The notes beneath the pieces are model-generated. The model was not told where the DNA came from. It did no database searches and was given only the letters and a program-made list of their open reading frames with translations. Shown one piece after another: positions 39,152 through 51,531 of a stretch of 64,000 nucleotides of DNA. Positions within the stretch are counted from its first letter, which is position 1, and every line of letters starts with the position of its first letter. The position numbers and the translations under genes were made by a program. Source of the stretch: Chiloscyllium plagiosum (lineage: Eukaryota); NCBI RefSeq assembly GCF_004010195.1, contig NC_057719.1, positions 66,274,066-66,338,065 on the forward strand. Direction: 5' to 3'.

Positions 39152-40821
39152 GGCAGGTGTGGAGTTAGGTGACAACACAGCTGGAAAAAAGATGCAGATG
39201 TGGAGCCAAAAACTCATCTCAAGCTAAAATGTTACAAGGTTACAAACAGTCTGCTGTGGTCTCAGACACCTTTGAAGAGTGAACTTAGAAGATGCTTATC
39301 CAGGCAAATAGTGATTGAATGTTGGAACTGGCTTCTTCAGATGGCTAAACGTGTCAGGTCAACTGATAATTAAAATGAAAGTTTGAAAGATTTTGGTGCT
39401 TAAACATATTGAAGGATGTTAAGCAGGGATGGTAATCTGGACTTAAGTTGCAAGTTAGGCATGATCTCAGTGAAAGTCAGAACAGGTTCAAGGGCCCGGA
39501 CAGCCTACTCCTGCTTCTATGTAATAAGCCAGATGGGTTGAATGGTCTACTCAAGTTCCTATGTTTCTAAAGTGATTTCAGAATTGATCTTGCTCCAATT
39601 TCTAATTTCAGCTCTCATTTAACAAATTTTTAGGACAACAGCCAAAGTCTTCTGAAAGTACGTAAAAGTCACCTTACAAAATGTCAAGCGAAGTAAAAGT
39701 GCTCATTGCGTATGAAACTCACTATTATTAGAAGCAGTTACAAAAACAGCCACATTACTCATTTATTAGCATGCACTGATTACATACACCACCACATGGG
39801 AATACCCAGCAATTCACAGGGAACAGCAATGTTGCATATGAGCCTTGAAAGCTAACAGTGATGCAACTAATGGAACATGTTTGATGCTACTTTATGATAC
39901 TATTGTGGCACCTGATGTTTTGTTGCAACTTGTACCATTGAGAAAACATATCATTTTAAAATGCAAACAATGCTGAGTTTTGCTGCAGAAAACATGCAGT
40001 GTATAAAATTTACAATAAAATGATCACAACAATATTAGAACATATTTTTTCTCTTGTGGAACATAAAAAGCAGGTCATCATCTCACATTTACCATCCTAA
40101 GATCACAGATCTTTGCCAACTGTTTTCCATTGTGCTTGAGATAGTTTTTTTTTGTTGTTAATATAACTATTTTACTACAAAGCACAATGTTTTGTAGCTG
40201 TTTTGCCTGCATTTGTCGATGTATATTTAAATGCAACCCCAGGTAACGTACTATAAAATCAACAGTTGCACAGAAAAAAAGCTCAAGTTGGTTTGTTCCA
40301 ACAAATAAAAATTAAAGCTTTCATTCATTCAATGTGCATAAATAAATGTTGGGAATAAGTGTTCAGACCGATCCCATTTGCAAGGTAGAACTGGAATTTA
40401 CCCAAAATCTGAGACAGGAATCAGATGCTTCCTTAACCAGAGCTTTCAGAACTATTGTTGACTTTTACCCAACTCTATGCCTTTGGAGTCTTTTCTATTT
40501 TAAAATAATATTTTGTAATTACAGTTCAATACTTTGTATTTCTCTCAAAGCTTCCAGCGGAATCACTTTCATTTAAACTTTGCAATTCAAGTTCCTCTAA
40601 CTTTCTTTCCATCTTCTCATTCTCTCTTTGCTCATCAGAAAATGTGTAATCACATATGACAACATATCTGAATGATGTACGGCTACCCATGTAATCCCTA
40701 GTTAGTGTTTAGGAATTTCTCAGTATTACTCACATGAAAAGAGACAAGAGGTAAATATTATATTTAGTGACCTAGAAATTAGATTAACTATACCGACATT
40801 TAAGCAAAACACAAGTTCATT

Positions 40822-40912
40822 AGGTAAAAACAAGGACTGCAGATGCTGGAAACCAGAGTCTAGATTAGAGTGGTGCTGGAAAAGCACAGCAGATCAGGCA
40901 GCATCCGAGGAG
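40822..40912 (-). mobile_element. Penelope-like extreme 3' fragment
   Basis: ggactgcagatgctggaaaccagagtc…gcagcatccgagg matches the other terminal repeats. Confidence 0.8.
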
Positions 40913-41928
40913 GGTCCAATACATGCTGCAACATGTGCTGCATAACATATTGGTCTGCAGTCACCTAGTTTGTCCACTCAGAATTACCGCTAAGCCCATT
41001 GTATATGAAAACTAGGGCTACGATTCACTTCAGGCTCTTTTTAAAAAAATTATTCCCGATTGACCACAGCAAGCGCCACCACTTCTGCCAAACTAACAAT
41101 AGGCCCAGCATCAGAATCTCTCCTGGCCAAATGTAACCTTCTCTGAAGCTAGGTGACTGCCTCATGGGGCATGGCTGACATTCCAAGCATCCCACTTGTA
41201 CGCTATAAGTATTGATTAGCTCAGTCAGCTAAATAAGTAGAGTGGAGCAGAATAATGCAGGGTTCAATCCTTGTACTGTACGTGATGATTCATGGGCACC
41301 TATTTCCTTACTTCATGCCTTATGAGGATTGATGTTCTGCATAACTGTGTCTCTCTCACCCTCACACACAAATAAGGAGTGATGCCTATAATTTCTTGCG
41401 GTTATTATCTTTCACTGTACTTGTATTCTAACAATGCCCAAACAACTTTTCATTGGCATCAGGTTTTGCTCAAGAGTCCATAGTTGCTTATCAATTTCTA
41501 AGCTGATAAATACTTTTAATATTACAGTCATTTACCCTTTAATAAGTGAAGGGATAAGTTCCAGTATCAAGGAATTAGAGCCAACATAGAACCTGAAAAC
41601 TTCTTTCGCAAATAAAGTAGAAACAATTAGAAATGAACTGGAGGTCAGAGAGATGGAATCCCCTCCTATTCATAAGAGTGGATGTAAGAAGAATAAGCTT
41701 GAATATTTCAGTGCTATTTGAAGTTAGTAAATTTGGAGTTAGTGGTTTCTATTGGTGTCACAGTTGATTTCAACAGCATCCATATCAGATACTTTTCTTG
41801 CTCAAGTTTCTATGCACTTGTTTCTTAAAAACCACTTGTTGAGCATTTTATGACACACCGAGTGTGGGTGAAACTTGAACCTCAACTTTCTGCTCCAGAG
41901 GTAGAGAGGCAATCACAGTTCCATAAAA

Positions 41929-42161
41929 GTCAAGATTAGAGTGGTGCTGAAAAAGCACAGCAGGTCAGGCAGCGTCCGAGGAGCAGGAAAAAATCAACGT
42001 TTTGGGCAAAACCCTCCATCAGTCATTCCTGATGAAGAGCTTTCACCCGAAACGTCGATTTTTTCCTGCTCCTCAGACGCTGCCTGACCTGCTGTGCTTT
42101 TCCAGCATCACTCTAATCTTGACTCTGATCTCCAGCATGTGCAGTACCCACTTCTGCCCAA
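41929..42161. mobile_element. Fold-back (inverted) Penelope terminal-repeat insertion
   Basis: ~95-bp imperfect inverted arms centred at ~42025; TSD TTCCATAAAA (41919-41928, 42162-42171). Confidence 0.9.
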
Positions 42162-45100
42162 TTCCATAAAACCCAATCGCCTATTTCTTATTAATAAGTA
42201 GTAATTAAATAAGAGATGGGCTGGAGTCTGGCCCTTGTTGATCTCCATACGTATCACGTTGCATTCTTAAGATGCAGCTGTCTCAGACATTACAGCCAGA
42301 TGCTGGCAATTTCTATGGCTTCTTAAGGCGACTGATATATTAGGATGCATCTCTAGAGTGCTTTGGCTGTAAACTGAAACTAGTTATTTTAACCTTGCAC
42401 AGATCATTTGCAAGTCCCCATTTGGCTTATTAAGCAGTTCTCTGCACACTATACACTATTGGGCATGATGCATTGGAGAGATCAATCATGAAATCAACAT
42501 CAGTTTCAAGCTGCATGCTAACACCTATCTCTACCTTACCTATCTTAACCCTTCCGTAACCACAAATTTCTCACTGTTTTTCCATGGAGCAGAGATTTCA
42601 TCTAACTAAATAACATGGAGGTCAAAATCACTATCATCAGTCATTTCATCCATTCCTTACCCCATTAACATCACCTCTCTTCCTAGCAACTGTCTAAGTT
42701 TGAATCACACTTTTGCAATCATAGTTTCACACATCTCTTCCATGCTATAACACTGATGACTTCTTCCTTGGCCTCACCCTGATCTGCTACTGACAGNNNN
42801 NNNNNNNNNNNNNNNNNNNNNNNNNNNNNNNNNNNNNNNNNNNNNNNNNNNNNNNNNNNNNNNNNNNNNNNNNNNNNNNNNNNNNNNNNNNNNNNNNNNN
42901 NNNNNNNNNNNNNNNNNNNNNNNNNNNNNNNNNNNNNNNNNNNNNNNNNNNNNNNNNNNNNNNNNNNNNNNNNNNNNNNNNNNNNNNNNNNNNNNNNNNN
43001 NNNNNNNNNNNNNNNNNNNNNNNNNNNNNNNNNNNNNNNNNNNNNNNNNNNNNNNNNNNNNNNNNNNNNNNNNNNNNNNNNNNNNNNNNNNNNNNNNNNN
43101 NNNNNNNNNNNNNNNNNNNNNNNNNNNNNNNNNNNNNNNNNNNNNNNNNNNNNNNNNNNNNNNNNNNNNNNNNNNNNNNNNNNNNNNNNNNNNNNNNNNN
43201 NNNNNNNNNNNNNNNNNNNNNNNNNNNNNNNNNNNNNNNNNNNNNNNNNNNNNNNNNNNNNNNNNNNNNNNNNNNNNNNNNNNNNNNNNNNNNNNNTTTG
43301 CTTTTGGTGTCTGACATAACTTCTAAACTACTGCTGACACATCGCAGTTTCAACATTGTGCAGCTCATTAATGCTTATGTAATCTAATCACTGAAGGAAA
43401 GACACAGTAGCTTGCCCATTCACAGATGTCCCATCTGGGGAAGATACCACAGGTTTTCAAAGGTTTACTGACAGGAACTTGCCACACAAAAAGCTCAGAG
43501 GAAGTCAATGAACAAGTGAAAGTTTAATGAATTGTTACAGAGCAAATCATGGTCAATGACTTGTAATAGGTAAACCCTTGTTTATACTCGGTTAATTTGA
43601 TGCACAAACTCTCTATATAGCCTTAAGCTTTTTAATACACTCAGTTACTTATATCTGATTAAATACCTTGTATATTTTTAGTGCTTGCTGTTGAAAAGCT
43701 GCCAATGCACTCATGCATTTAAAAAAACTGTCTCTGATTTAATTGTCGAAGTCCTATGATGATTTGTCAAGAAGAGGTTAATTTATTCATTGTGTAATCC
43801 ATTGATTCCATGCACCATGAATGCCTAAATGCTAATATAATGTGGACAAATATAAGTATCATTGATAAATGGGGAAATGAATTGAACTATCTTATGATCC
43901 TCATCCTGCATCTGTAAGCTGAAGTGATTTTGATTTTGTCTTTTCTCACCCTTTTGAAATATACAGTGGCTTATTTCACCAAAACCCTTCATCCATGAAG
44001 TCAAATCCTGGAGTTATAGCAGATTTAGGATTTCCTGAATGTAATCCTTGGGTGATATTGTCTTCTTATATGTATAAATTATAAAAAAGCTGCAAATAAT
44101 GTCTGTAATGAGCTTGTACTATATGATTAACACCAACCAATATAAGTGTTTTGTTTGGACTGCATACTGGGTAAACCTTCATCACTGTGGCATAGTAACA
44201 TCTATCCCTTTGTTAAGCTTATTAAAAGTGAATAGACAAATACTCTTTCAAATTATGGAGTGTAGCAAACTTTGGAACCTACAACCTGACAAGCAAACAA
44301 AATATACTTTTCATTAATGATCATTAAGTCATTTTTGAAGTAATAGGCATTCTCAGATGAGCATCTAATTTTCACCTAAATTGTGAAGAACTAAATTAAT
44401 CACCAGCTTCATACGTTGAGTCAGTTTATTTCCGGAAAAGACTGTTATCTGTCTTATCCAAATTGCACACAAAACTCCAATAAATGAACAATTTAACCAT
44501 ATGCTTCTTTTCAATATTAAGTAAATCTTAACTTCTTGGACTGAGAACACAACCTCCCAATCATAAGAACTGCATCTAGTTCAGCTCCTATTAAAGCACA
44601 ACAAGATACGAGGTCTAAACTTCAGAAATGAAAAAAATGAATTGTTATATTTAAGAATTATGTAAACTATTCCTTAAATAAAACTTTCAAAAGTGAAAGC
44701 AAACTCATATTGTGACAATGAGAATTTGAAACTTTTAAAAAAAAGTATCAGAAATATAAGTTATCAGTAACAACAGGAAGCTTGTAAGGCACTTTGCACC
44801 ATCTTTGTCCCTGAGCAAGAAGCTCAGCATTTGAGGACTTGACAGCAAAGGAAGATATGTTCATAATGCAGCAAAACTGGGTCAGTATTAACTTTCCAGG
44901 CTTTCCAATACATGCCAAAGGCAGGCAGTAAGAGTGGAAGAGATCAGCCATGTCATGGGAAGAACACTGCAGCCTTAACTCTAGACTGCAACATGCCTGT
45001 AAAAATGTGTGAGGCCACAGCAAGGTAGAATTCCCAGGTGAGCTGTAACAATCCACCAGAACCCATCAGTAGCAGGGATTATGCTGTTGGAGTTGGATTA

Positions 45101-45904
45101 AACATATCACTGTTTTACCCATACCATAAAAAGTAAAATACCTGAAACATTAACTCTGTTGTCACTCTGCAGATGCTGGCAGATCTGTTGAGTTTTTCTA
45201 GCAATTTCTGTTTTCGTTTATGATTTCTAGAATCCGCAGCACATCAGAATTTTTAAACTCTGAATTATCCTCTCTGAGGGCCTAGTAAGCCATACAATAT
45301 CTACTAGTGACTCCAATATCTCAATTACATAAAATATTCTGAAAGATTGATTCTGTCTTGTGAACAACTGGGTGAGACTGAAATCTCCAATAAAACTCCC
45401 CTGTTCCCAGTTAACCTCTTAAGTTCCACATCAATTAGGCATAAATCTTTTGTTGCGTCTTATATAAATGCAGCACTCAATTTAAGAAAGAAAAGTGACT
45501 ATTTCTCAGGGCATATATCTTTCAGATTTAAATGTTGGTGCTTTTCACGGAGTCATGTTTGTGGGGATGTAGGGTAAGGGTTGCAATGCTAATATCCGAT
45601 AAAGGAGCATGCAAGTGAACTCAAGCACCCTCTTCCCAATTTTTTCTTTATTTGTTGTTGGGATATGGGCATCTCCAAAAACACAGGCATTTATTGCCCA
45701 TCCCTCATTATCCAATGAACTAAATATCCTGGGCTATTTCAGTACGCTGTTCTGAGTTATCCATATTGCTTTGCAGCTGGTGTCACATATAGACCAGATC
45801 AGGTAAAGAAGGCAAAATTCCTTCCCTGAAGGGCACAGCAATCCCAATTTACAAAGATCAGCGATAATTTTACCACACCGTTACTAAGCTTAGCTTTCCT
45901 AGGT

Positions 45905-46475
45905 TGTATTAATATGTGCAGCTCTATAAAACTTTAGTTAGGCCACACTCAGAATACTTTGTACAGTTCTGGTCGCAACAGAAAGATGTGGAGGCTTTGG
46001 AGAGGGTACAGAAAAGCTTTATCAAGATGTTGCCCGGTTTGGAGGGTATTAGGTATGAGGAAGGATTGGACAAACTTGGTTTGCTCTCACTTAAACGTTG
46101 GAGGCTGAGGGCAACCTAATAGAAGCTTACAAAATTATGACAGGCATGGATAGAATGAATAGTCTGATTCTTTGTTTTCCACAGTGGAAATCTCAACTAT
46201 ATGGGGACATCATGTTTAAGGTAAAAGGGAGAAATTTCAAGGAAATGTGAGAAGCAAGTTTTTTGATCACAGAGGGCAGTATGTGCCTGGAATGCTCTGC
46301 CAAGTGAGGTGGTAGAAACAGATACATCAAAGAGGCATCTTGACAGAAACATGAATAGGCAGGGAGTAGAGGGATACTGACGGAGTAGAGGCAACAGGCT
46401 TTTAGTTTAGGAAGGCATCGTGTGTCACAGCAGGTCTGGTGGGCCGAAGGGTCTGTTCCTGTGCGGTTCTTTGTG
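45905..46475 (+). mobile_element. CR1 LINE 3' fragment
   Basis: QLYKTLVRPHSEYFVQFWS…LERVQKSFIKMLPGLEG. Confidence 0.88.
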
Positions 46476-46700
46476 CGAAATTTTAACTGGTCCCTACATT
46501 AGACTGGGCCATTGAATTACTGATCCAAACTGCCCCACTGTCGAAGTGAAGTTCGCGTCGACCCCAGCCTTCCTGTTCCACGCAACAAGACTAAAGGCTG
46601 CCACTCCTGAACATTTTCTGTCTCTGCCTGTCTGTCTTCATAGTCGCTGAGCAATGCCTGGAGTTACAGTCCCGAGGGAGGGGGGAGTACTCACAGAGTG

Positions 46701-46801
46701 CACCTGTTGAGCGAGTGTGCTGTGCCAGTCCGGATCACTTACAGACCAACTGTGGGGCAGCACATTCCGCACATAGACCGCAGTCACCTCTCTAAAAATA
46801 G
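46701..46801. promoter_or_regulatory. Candidate muscle-type enhancer motif cluster (E-boxes, M-CAT/TEAD, MEF2)
   Basis: CACCTG 46701-46706, CAACTG 46747-46752, CATTCC 46763-46768 and CTAAAAATAG 46792-46801 (exact YTA(A/T)4TAR). Confidence 0.5.
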
Positions 46802-47433
46802 GCACCGCCGCTCTTGCACTGAACTTCGAGCTCTGACTCGCTCGCTCTTCGCTGGGGAAAGCCCAGTCAGAACCTGAGGAAATCCAGTTTGTCTAAGGGT
46901 TAGGCTGAATTAAGTCTTGACAGCTCTGCTTTGGGAAAGCGCTGAATTGCTCGTGGGCCACTCGTTAGCATCTTCTAACTTGATCTGAATTGTGTGTATA
47001 TATATATTTTTTTCTTTAAAAAAATCACTTCCTCTGCCTTTCAATCAAACCAACAGCGTGACAAACTCCAAGCCGGTGTTAATGTGTTAGTGCTGCGGTG
47101 AAGGGATTCTAGCTGAGATCATCTCTCCGAGACAAGACACACAGACTGTGAACTTCACAGCCCGGAATTGGGCGGAGGGAATGGGGCCTCATTGTTGCAG
47201 CGTGAGACAAGTGCCCAGAAATGGGGTTGTGTCTCATCCCACTGGGGGTTGGGTGGGGAACTTCACAAAAGGCAACCACAAACAAAATAAAAATGTACAA
47301 CTGTCCGACACTTTGCTCGCTCCGGGGAATGTCTGGTTTTTTTTTCCCGGACAGCATCAGCCCGAACGGCTTTAGCCGCTCACCTTGCTGCTGCTGCTGC
47401 TAAACTAGATTGTGGGGCAGATTGTTTACTCAC

Positions 47434-47481
47434 AGTTCGGAGGAACTGAATCTCATCCTCCCCTTCAGTCGCCTCAGCCAT
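47434..47481 (-). CDS. RYR3: Ryanodine receptor (RYR3-like), coding part of exon 1
   Basis: Reverse complement reads gccATGGCTGAGGCGACTGAAGGGGAGGATGAGATTCAGTTCCTCCGAACT|gtgagt = MAEATEGEDEIQFLRT. Strong Kozak context (GCC ATG G) and a phase-0 GT donor. EGEDEIQFLRT is the conserved RyR N-terminus. Confidence 0.96.
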
Positions 47482-47556
47482 GGCTGTGTGAAGAGCCGGC
47501 CCCGCTCTCACGCTGGACCCTTCGTCCCTCTGCTGTCAGCACACGGCTCCTGTTCC

Positions 47557-47592
47557 AGTCTGAGCGGAGACCGATCCATGTACCTCCTTATA
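47557..47592 (-). promoter_or_regulatory. Candidate RYR3 core promoter: TATAA (47592-47588) plus initiator TCAGACT (47563-47557, +1 at ~47561)
   Basis: The first T of TATAA is 31 nt upstream of the A of a YYANWYY match. The predicted 80-nt 5'UTR has no upstream ATG. Confidence 0.6.
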
Positions 47593-48029
47593 GGGGGAGG
47601 CTGACCCCCTGTCAATCAGCCCAGGGGCCCTTCCACTGCGCCTGTCCTTCCAAGGCAAATTCCGACAGCAGCAGCGCGCACTCCGTGTTGACTTCTTTTT
47701 TAACACATTAAAGGGGGAAGTTGCCGGTAATCCAAATACAATCCCACAAACCACTCACTGCGGGAGTGAAGGTACCAGTCGGGTGGACGCTCACTGTTTA
47801 AGATCCAGGCAACTCCACTCGCGATATTGATCGGTCATCGGCAAACAAGGGAGGTCCACTCTTTCTCTCTCTCTCTCTCTCCTTCATGGGGCTGGCAGTT
47901 CCAGCATCTTTTCATCGCCCCATGAGGTGGGTCGAGTTCTTGAGCTGCCCAGTCCTGGGCTGGCAGGGGACACCCACAGCGCTCTCAGGGAGAAAGTCGC
48001 GGGGTTTTGACCCAGCGGAGGATAGAGTT

Positions 48030-48395
48030 CCCAAGAGTTGCAGGCTGTTCCAGCGCTGCCCTTATCTTTCTCAGTAATAGCAGTGACAGGGGTTTGGAGC
48101 GAGCTGTCAGAAGAGCCTTGGAGAGTTGCTGCAGTTTGCTCGGATAGATATTATCAGCGCTGTGTGTGTGAGGGGGAGCAGGAGAGGCGAGTGATGGTTT
48201 AAGATGCCGGCTCAAGGGGGCTGCTTTCCCTTGCATGGTGTCGAGCTTCTTGAGCGTGGTTGGGGAGCATCCCATCACATTCCTGACGTGTACCTTGTAA
48301 CGGCGGGGGCTCAGGGTGTGAGTGATTCACCGCAGAAATCCCAACCTCTGACCTGCTCTGATAGCCAAGGAGTTTATGATTGATCCAGTTTAATT
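48030..48395 (-). mobile_element. LINE 3' fragment (same family as 8815-9380)
   Basis: YTSGM*WDAP…/SPTTLKKLDTMQGKAA remnant. Confidence 0.6.
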
Positions 48396-49230
48396 TCCTC
48401 AGTTAAATTGAAACTGCCCTGTTTCAAGTAGGATTGCTTAAACTTATAGATGGAGAGGACAATCAATTCATCATTCCGATCTTAATTTAATGGCCTGTTT
48501 GCAACGTACTATCCGTTTTCTCTATTTATCACATTAGTTACCTTCTAGCCTTTTGAGAATGCTGACTGATTAATGACAAAGGAAGGTTGATGAAACAGTC
48601 CCATGTGTACTTTGTAAAAAAAATTTAATCAGATCCAGGAAAAAAAAGCACAAAAATAATCCAGTCTTAAGCAAACACTTGTATTTATTCTCTAGGATCT
48701 GAGCGCCTTCCTGCAGTGCTTGCTGCAGGTGCCTGGGCAAAAAGGGAAGTCCTGACTCACAGGCAAATTAGCTCCTGCTGTACAAGTTGAAAGGGAAACC
48801 TGGTTTGCTTTTGCTAGCTCATACTTCTAGCTCAGTCCTACTGCAGTTCGTGTGATCCTGCTAGCTGTAAGTTAAGCTTTTTGAGTTCACCAGTGAAACA
48901 GATGGTAAGCGATAGGTACTGGTGGTTGATGGGGCTTGGTCGATTCCAGCAGATGCCCATCACAACTGAAGATTGACAGTTTAATAATCCACCGAAGCAA
49001 AGTAACTTTCTGAGCAGATCAAAACTGCCTTGCATAATTTAAGTCACGCGTATTCCTATTTAGTTACTGGAGAGTTAGTACATAATCTTGATGCATCCCA
49101 TGGATATCCTTTTCCACTGCAAATGATATAAAGTGCATTTTTTCTAGCTAAACTTAAATCTAAAACAGGGTTGTGAATAAGCAAAGTTACTGACATTTAT
49201 TAGGTCAGGTTTGCTGTTCAAAGAACTGAG

Positions 49231-49643
49231 TATCCATTGCTCCCGATGCAGTCTCCTCTACACTGGGGAGACTGGATGCCTTCTCGCAGAGCACGTTAGG
49301 GAACATCTCCGGGACACCCGCACCAATCAACCCCACCGCCCTGTGGCCCAACATTTCAACCCTCCCTCCCACTCAGCTGAGGAGACGCAGGTCCTGGGCC
49401 TCCTCCACCACTGCTCCCTCACCACCTGACGCCTGGAGGAAGAACGCCTCATCTTCCGCCCAGCCCCACCCCCTCCCATTTATCCTTCCACTGGGAGGCT
49501 TCCTGCCTTCATTCCTGATGAAGGGCTTTTGCCTGAAACGTCAATTTTTCTGCTCCTCGGATGCTCCCTGACCTGCTGTGCTTTTCCAGCACCACTCTGA
49601 TCTAGACTCTGGTTTCCAGCATCTGCAATGCTCACTTTTGTCT
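49231..49643 (+). mobile_element. Penelope-like 3' fragment with internal deletion
   Basis: IHCSRCSLLYTGETG…REHLRDTRTNQPHRPVAQHFN; hammerhead-like ctgatgaagggcttttgcctgaaacgtc; 11-bp TSD AAAGAACTGAG (49220-49230, 49644-49654). Confidence 0.9.
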
Positions 49644-49851
49644 AAAGAACTGAGCAGGTCTGCCAATGGCTATGTAGAGAGAAAAACAGGAGTAGTTCAA
49701 TATAAATATAATTCTTCTTCCAGGAGACTGAAGGGGGAGCCATTTGATTGGATCTGAATTCTGCCTGACAATAAACTTGATTGTTAAGGGTTAAGACTTG
49801 GGCAGAGAGGGGGAGGTGCTGTTTAGTGCTAAGTGAAGAAGGTTTGAGATA

Positions 49852-49990
49852 TTCACAGGAGACAGTAAGGACTGCAGATGCTAGAAGTCAAAGTTAATAG
49901 ATGTGAAGTTGGAAGAGCACAGCAGGTCAGACAGCATCCGAGGTGCAGGAAAGTCAATGTTTCATCCTGAAACGTTGACTTTTCTGCCCC
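49852..49990. mobile_element. Penelope terminal fragment with short fold-back
   Basis: gcaggaaagtcaatgtttca-tcc-tgaaacgttgacttttctgc; TTGAGATA duplicated at 49844-49851 and 49991-49998. Confidence 0.75.
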
Positions 49991-50109
49991 TTGAGATAGT
50001 CTCACCTGTACTGAGAGAACAGGGCCACTGTGCTGCTGATGCACAGATTGTGAGTTTCCAATTTGCAGAGGAAGGTGATGGAAACTTTAAAATATCTATT
50101 CAATTATAA

Positions 50110-50950
50110 GTCATTAGAGTCATAGTTATGTACAGCATGGAAACAGACCCTTTGGGCCAACTCGTCCATGCCGACCAGATATCCCAACCCAATCTAGTTC
50201 CACCTGCCAGCACCCACCCTATATCCCTCCAAACCCTTCCTATTCATCTCCCCATCCAGATGCCTTTTAAATGTTGCAATTGTACCAGCCTCCACCACTT
50301 CCTCTGGCAGCCCATTCCATATACGTATCACCCTCTGAGTGAAAAGGTTGCCCCTTAGGTCTCTTTTATATCTTTCCACTCTCACCCTAAACCTATGCCC
50401 TCTAGGTCTGAACTCCCCCACACCAGCGAAAAGACTTTGTCTATTTATCCTATCCATGCCCCTCATGATTTTATAAACCTCTATAAAGGTCACCCCTCAG
50501 CCTCCGACGCTCCAGGGAAAACAGCCCTAGTCTGTTCAACCTCTCCCTATAGCTCAAATCCTCCAACCCTGGCAACATCCTTGTACATCTTTTCTGAACC
50601 CTTTCAAGTTTCACAACATCTTTCTGATAGGAAAGAGACCAGAATTGCATGCAGTATTCCAACAGTGGCCTAACCCATGTCCTGTACTTCCGCAACATGA
50701 CCTCCCAACTCCTATACTCAATACTCTGACTGATAAAGGAAAGCATACCAAACGCCTTCTTCACTATCCTATCTACCTGCGACTCCACTTTCAAGGAGCT
50801 ATGAACCTGCACTCCAAGGTCTCTTTGTTCAGCAACATTCCCGGGACCTTACCATTAAGTGTATAAGTCCTGCTAAGATTTGCTTTCCCAAAATGCAGCA
50901 CCTCGCATTTATCAGGAATAAACCCCATCTGCCACTTCACAGCCCATCTG
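50110..50950 (-). mobile_element. CR1 LINE 3' fragment (young subfamily)
   Basis: KCEVLHFG…RPLLEYCMQFWS…LERVQKRCTRMLPG…FTQRVIRIWN; tail repeat at 50110. Confidence 0.93.
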
Positions 50951-51321
50951 ATCACGATCCAAAAAAAGGATGGATTTGAGGATCGAAAGAAAAGCAACTT
51001 AGAATTTCTGCACAACACAATGGCTAGATGGTCGTGTTACCATAAGAATGGCTTTGAGAGTGCAACAGTCTGAACAAAAGCAGCCATTTTAACAATGGGT
51101 TATGCAAGGTTTTTCCTAAGAAATTCCTCAGATTCACAGACTGGACCAGTCTGCAAGTATCTGATTGAGAGAGAGGGAGAGAGAAAGAGGCAGTCTGATT
51201 CTTTAGTTCAACACACAAAAACCAGATGAGATCATTTATACAGACTGAAGAAACTAAGTTTGTGAGGACTTTAATTAAAGTTGAAAGTATTTTTTATACC
51301 TTTGACTAGACAGAGAATCTT

Positions 51322-51531
51322 CAGAGCTGAAAATGTGTTGCTGGAAAAGCGCAGCAGGTCAGGCAGCATCCAAGGAGAAGGAGAATCGACGTTTCGGGCA
51401 TGAGCCCTTCTTCAGGCTCATGCCCGAAACGTCGATTCTCCTGCTCCTTGGATGCTGCCTGACCTGCTGCGCTTTTCCAGCAACACATTTTCAGCTCTAA
51501 TCTCCAGCATCTGCAGTCCTCACTGTCTCCT
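51322..51531. mobile_element. Fold-back Penelope terminal-repeat insertion
   Basis: 84-bp arms 51323-51406 / 51415-51498 (one mismatch), 8-nt loop; TSD AGAGAATCTT (51312-51321, 51532-51541). Confidence 0.93.

Larger units (their letters stand above)
3266..47433 (-). other. RYR3: RYR3 intron 1 (~44.2 kb including N gaps)
   Basis: GT..AG ends joining the two in-frame exons; no further RyR-like sequence recognised between them. Confidence 0.9.
46540..48020. promoter_or_regulatory. CpG/GC-rich island around RYR3 exon 1
   Basis: Visibly higher GC and CpG density than the AT-rich flanks, essentially free of recognisable TEs; boundaries estimated by eye. Confidence 0.7.

Noticed and set aside
46689..46745. 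Minus-strand donor-like sites (TCT|gtgagt at 46695, TCT|gtaagt at 46743) as an alternative first exon or 9-nt microexon
   Set aside because: No in-frame ATG for a phase-0 junction and no pyrimidine tract before the candidate AG.
47434..47481. Assignment to RYR2 because exon 1 has 16 codons
   Set aside because: Exon 2 diagnostic residues ([12 protein letters not shown]) favour RYR3; the shared features are plausibly ancestral. Not fully excluded without more exons.
47586..47595. CArG/SRF box CCTTATAGGG
   Set aside because: Does not fit CC(A/T)6GG; better explained as the TATA element.
51322..51531. Palindromes as MITEs, pre-miRNAs or CRISPR-like repeats
   Set aside because: The arms are Penelope terminal-repeat sequence with asymmetric ends and variable 8-15 bp TSDs; there is no repeat-spacer array.
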